Positions 61,661 to 64,000 of a DNA stretch of 64,000 nucleotides are shown here, one piece after another. Source of the DNA: Eledone cirrhosa (taxonomy: Eukaryota); assembly GCA_964016885.1 (NCBI GenBank), contig OZ024741.1, positions 256,494,001 to 256,558,000 of the forward strand, given 5' to 3'. Numbering within the stretch: the first letter of the stretch is position 1; each line of letters starts with the position of its first letter. Below the pieces are notes generated by a model that worked only from the letters and a program-made list of their open reading frames with translations, ran no database searches and was not told where the DNA came from. The position numbers and the translations under genes are program-made.

Positions 61661-64000
61661 GTCAGTGCCAGTGTTGTTGCTGTTGCTGTTTTCTCTGTCA
61701 GTGCCAGTGTTGTTGTAGTTGTTGCTGCTTTCTCTGTCAGTGCCAGTGTTGTTGTAGTTGTTGCTGTTTTCTGTGTCAGTGCCAGTGTTGTTGTTGTTGC
61801 TGTTTTCTCTGTCAGTGCCAGTGTTGTTGTTGTTGTTGCTGTTTTCTGTGTCAGTGCCACTGTTGTTGTTGCTGTTTTCTCTGTCAGTGCCAGTGTTGTT
61901 GTAGTTTTTGCTGTTTTCTGTGTCAGTGCCAGTGTTGTTGTTGCTGTTTTCTGTGTCAGTGCCAGTGTTGTTGTTGTTGCTGTTTTCTTTGTCAGTCCCA
62001 GTGTTGTTGTTGTTACTGTTGCTGTTTTCTGTGTCAGTTCCAGTGTTGCTGTTGCTGTTTTCTGTGCCAGTGCCAGTGTTATTGTTGCTGTTGTTGCTGT
62101 GTTCTGTGTCAGTGCCACGGTTGTTGTTGCTGTTGTTGCTGTTTTCTGTGTCAGTGCCAGTGTTGTTGTTGCTGTTTTCTGTGTCAGTGCCAGTGTTGTT
62201 GTTGCTGTTGTTGCTGTTTTCCGTGCCAGTGTTGTTGTAGTTGTTGCTGTTTTCTGTTTCAGTGTCGGTGTTGTTGTTGTTGCTGTTTTCTCTGTCAGTG
62301 CCAGTGTTGTTGTTGCTGTTTTCTCTGTCAGTGCCAGTGTTGTTGTTGTTGCTGTTTTCTGTGTCAGTGCCAGTGTTGTTGTAGTTGTTGCTGTTTTCTG
62401 TGTCAGTGCCAGTGTTGTTGTAGTTGTTGCTGTTTTCTGTGTCAGTGCCAGTGTTGTTGTAGTTGTTGCTGTTTTCTCTGTCAGTGCCAGTATTGTTGTA
62501 GTTGTTGCTGTTTTCTCTGTCAGTGCCAGTGTTGTTGTAGTTGTTGCTGTTTTCTGTGTCAATGCCAGTGTTGTTGTTGTTGCTGTTTTCTCTGTCAGTG
62601 CCAGTGTTGTAGTTGTTGCTGTTTTCTCTGTCAGTGCCAGTGTTGTTGTAGTTGTTGCTCTTTTCTGTGTCAGTGCCAGTGTTGTTGCTGTTGTTGCTAT
62701 TTTCTGTGTCAGTGCCAGTGTTGTTGTTGTTGCTGTTTTCTCTGTCAGTGCCAGTGTTTTTGTTGTTGCTGTTTTCTGTGTCAGTGCCAGTGTTGTTCTA
62801 GTTGTTGCTGTTTTCTGTGTCAGTGCCAGTGTTGTTGTAGTTGTTGATGTTTTCTCTGTCAGTGCCTGTGTTGTTGTAGTTGTTGCTGTTTTCTCTGTCA
62901 GTGCCAGTGTTGTTGTAGTTGTTGCTGTTTTCTGTGTCAGTGCCAGTGTTGTTGTTGTTGCTGTTTTCTCTGTCGGTGCCAGTGTTGTTGTAGTTATTGC
63001 TGTTGTCTGTGTCAGTGCCACTGTTGTTGTTGCTGTTTTCTGTGTCAGTGCCAGTGTTGTTGTTGTTGCTGTTTTCTCTGTCAGTGCCAGTGTTGTTGTT
63101 GCTGTTTTCTCTGTCAGTGCCAGTGTTGTTGTTGCTGTTTTCTGTGTCAGTGCCATTGTTATTGCTGTTGTTGCTGTTTTCTCTGTCAGTGCCAGTGTTG
63201 TTGTTGCTGTTGTTGCTGTTGCTGTTTTCTCTGTCAGTGCCAGTGTTGTTGTAGTTGTTGCTGTTTTCTCTGTCAGTGCCAGTGTTGTAGTTGTTGCTGT
63301 TTTCTGTGTCAGTGCCAGCGTTGTTGTTGTTGCTGTTTTCTCTGTCAGTGCCAGTGTTGTTGTAGTTGTTGCTGTTTTCTCTGTCAGTGCCAGTGTTGTT
63401 GTAGTTGTTGCTGTTTTCTGTGTCAGTGCCAGTGTTGTTGTTGTTGCTGTTTTCTCTGTCAGTGCCAGTGTTGTTGTAGTTGTTGCTGTTTTCTGTGTCA
63501 GTGCCAGTGTTGTTGTAGTTGTTGCCGTTTTCTCTGTCAGTGCCAGTGTTGTTGTAGTTGTTGCTGTTTTCTGTGTCAGTGCCAGTGTTGTTGTTGCTGT
63601 TTTCTCTGTCAGTGCCAGTGTTGTTGTAGTTGTTGCTGTTTTCTCTGTCAGTGCCAGTTTTGTTGTAGTTTTTGCTGTTTTCTGTGTCAGTGCCAGTGTT
63701 GTTGTAGTTGTTGCTGTTTTCTTTGTCAGTGGCAGTGTTGTTGTTGTTGCTGTTTTCTCTGTCAGTGCCAGTGTTGTAGTTGTTGCTGTTTTCTCTGTCA
63801 GTGCCAGTGTTGTTGTTGTTGTTGCTGTTTTCTCTGTCAGTGCCAGTGTTGTTGTTGTTGCTATTTTCACTGTCAGTGCCAGTGTTGTTGTTGTTGCTAT
63901 TTTCACTGTCAGTGCCAGTGTTGTTGTTGTTACTGTTGCTGTTTTCTGTGTCAGTGCCAGTGTTGTTGTTGTTACTGTTGCTGTTTCCTGTGCCACTGCC

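Larger units (their letters stand above)
2938..64000. repeat. Satellite B: 33-45-bp (modal 36/39-bp) tandem repeat GTCAGTGCCAGT(GTT)2GTA(GTT)2GCTGTTTTCT[C/G]T, roughly 1600-1700 monomers; continues off the right edge
   Basis: Uninterrupted head-to-tail monomers in a single orientation for 61 kb. Length variation is almost entirely in the number of GTT triplets. The consensus + strand is about 77-79% G+T and contains no CpG. Confidence 0.99.

Noticed and set aside
3014-63996. Thr-rich - strand ORFs as an intact mucin or adhesin gene
   Set aside because: There are recurrent in-frame TAA/TAG stops and inherited frameshifts, and no signal peptide or unique domain. The annotated starts are repeat variants, mostly non-ATG. 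Kept only as a hypothesis in the findings.
2938-64000. CRISPR array (36-39-bp periodicity, GTTTT-containing repeat)
   Set aside because: Monomers are contiguous with no unique spacers, and there is no leader or cas gene.

Overview
The window is essentially all tandem-repeat (satellite-type) DNA. I find no credible gene, RNA gene, CRISPR array or intact mobile element, and every ORF in the track is a by-product of repeat periodicity. Two arrays abut directly. Satellite A (1-~2944) is a CpG-rich 16-bp repeat, consensus CTTACGAGTGTTTCGA. It contains one 69-bp unique AT-rich interruption (279-347) and a 447-bp higher-order tandem duplication. Satellite B (~2938-64000, running off the right edge) is a strongly G/T-skewed, triplet-built repeat with no CpG in its consensus, GTCAGTGCCAGT(GTT)2GTA(GTT)2GCTGTTTTCT[C/G]T (39 bp, with 33/36/42/45-bp variants). 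Satellite B is organised hierarchically: conserved multi-monomer cassettes, kb-scale duplications (offsets 3347, 3514, 6035, 6215 and 15597 bp) and spatial domains carrying private variants. This looks like eukaryotic heterochromatin (centromeric, pericentromeric or subtelomeric), but the organism and location cannot be determined from the sequence. The most interesting hypothesis is that satellite A is an amplified pogo/Tigger-type subterminal binding motif (TTCGACTTACGA) resembling a shortened CENP-B box; this is untested. All counts and boundaries were made by eye and are approximate.
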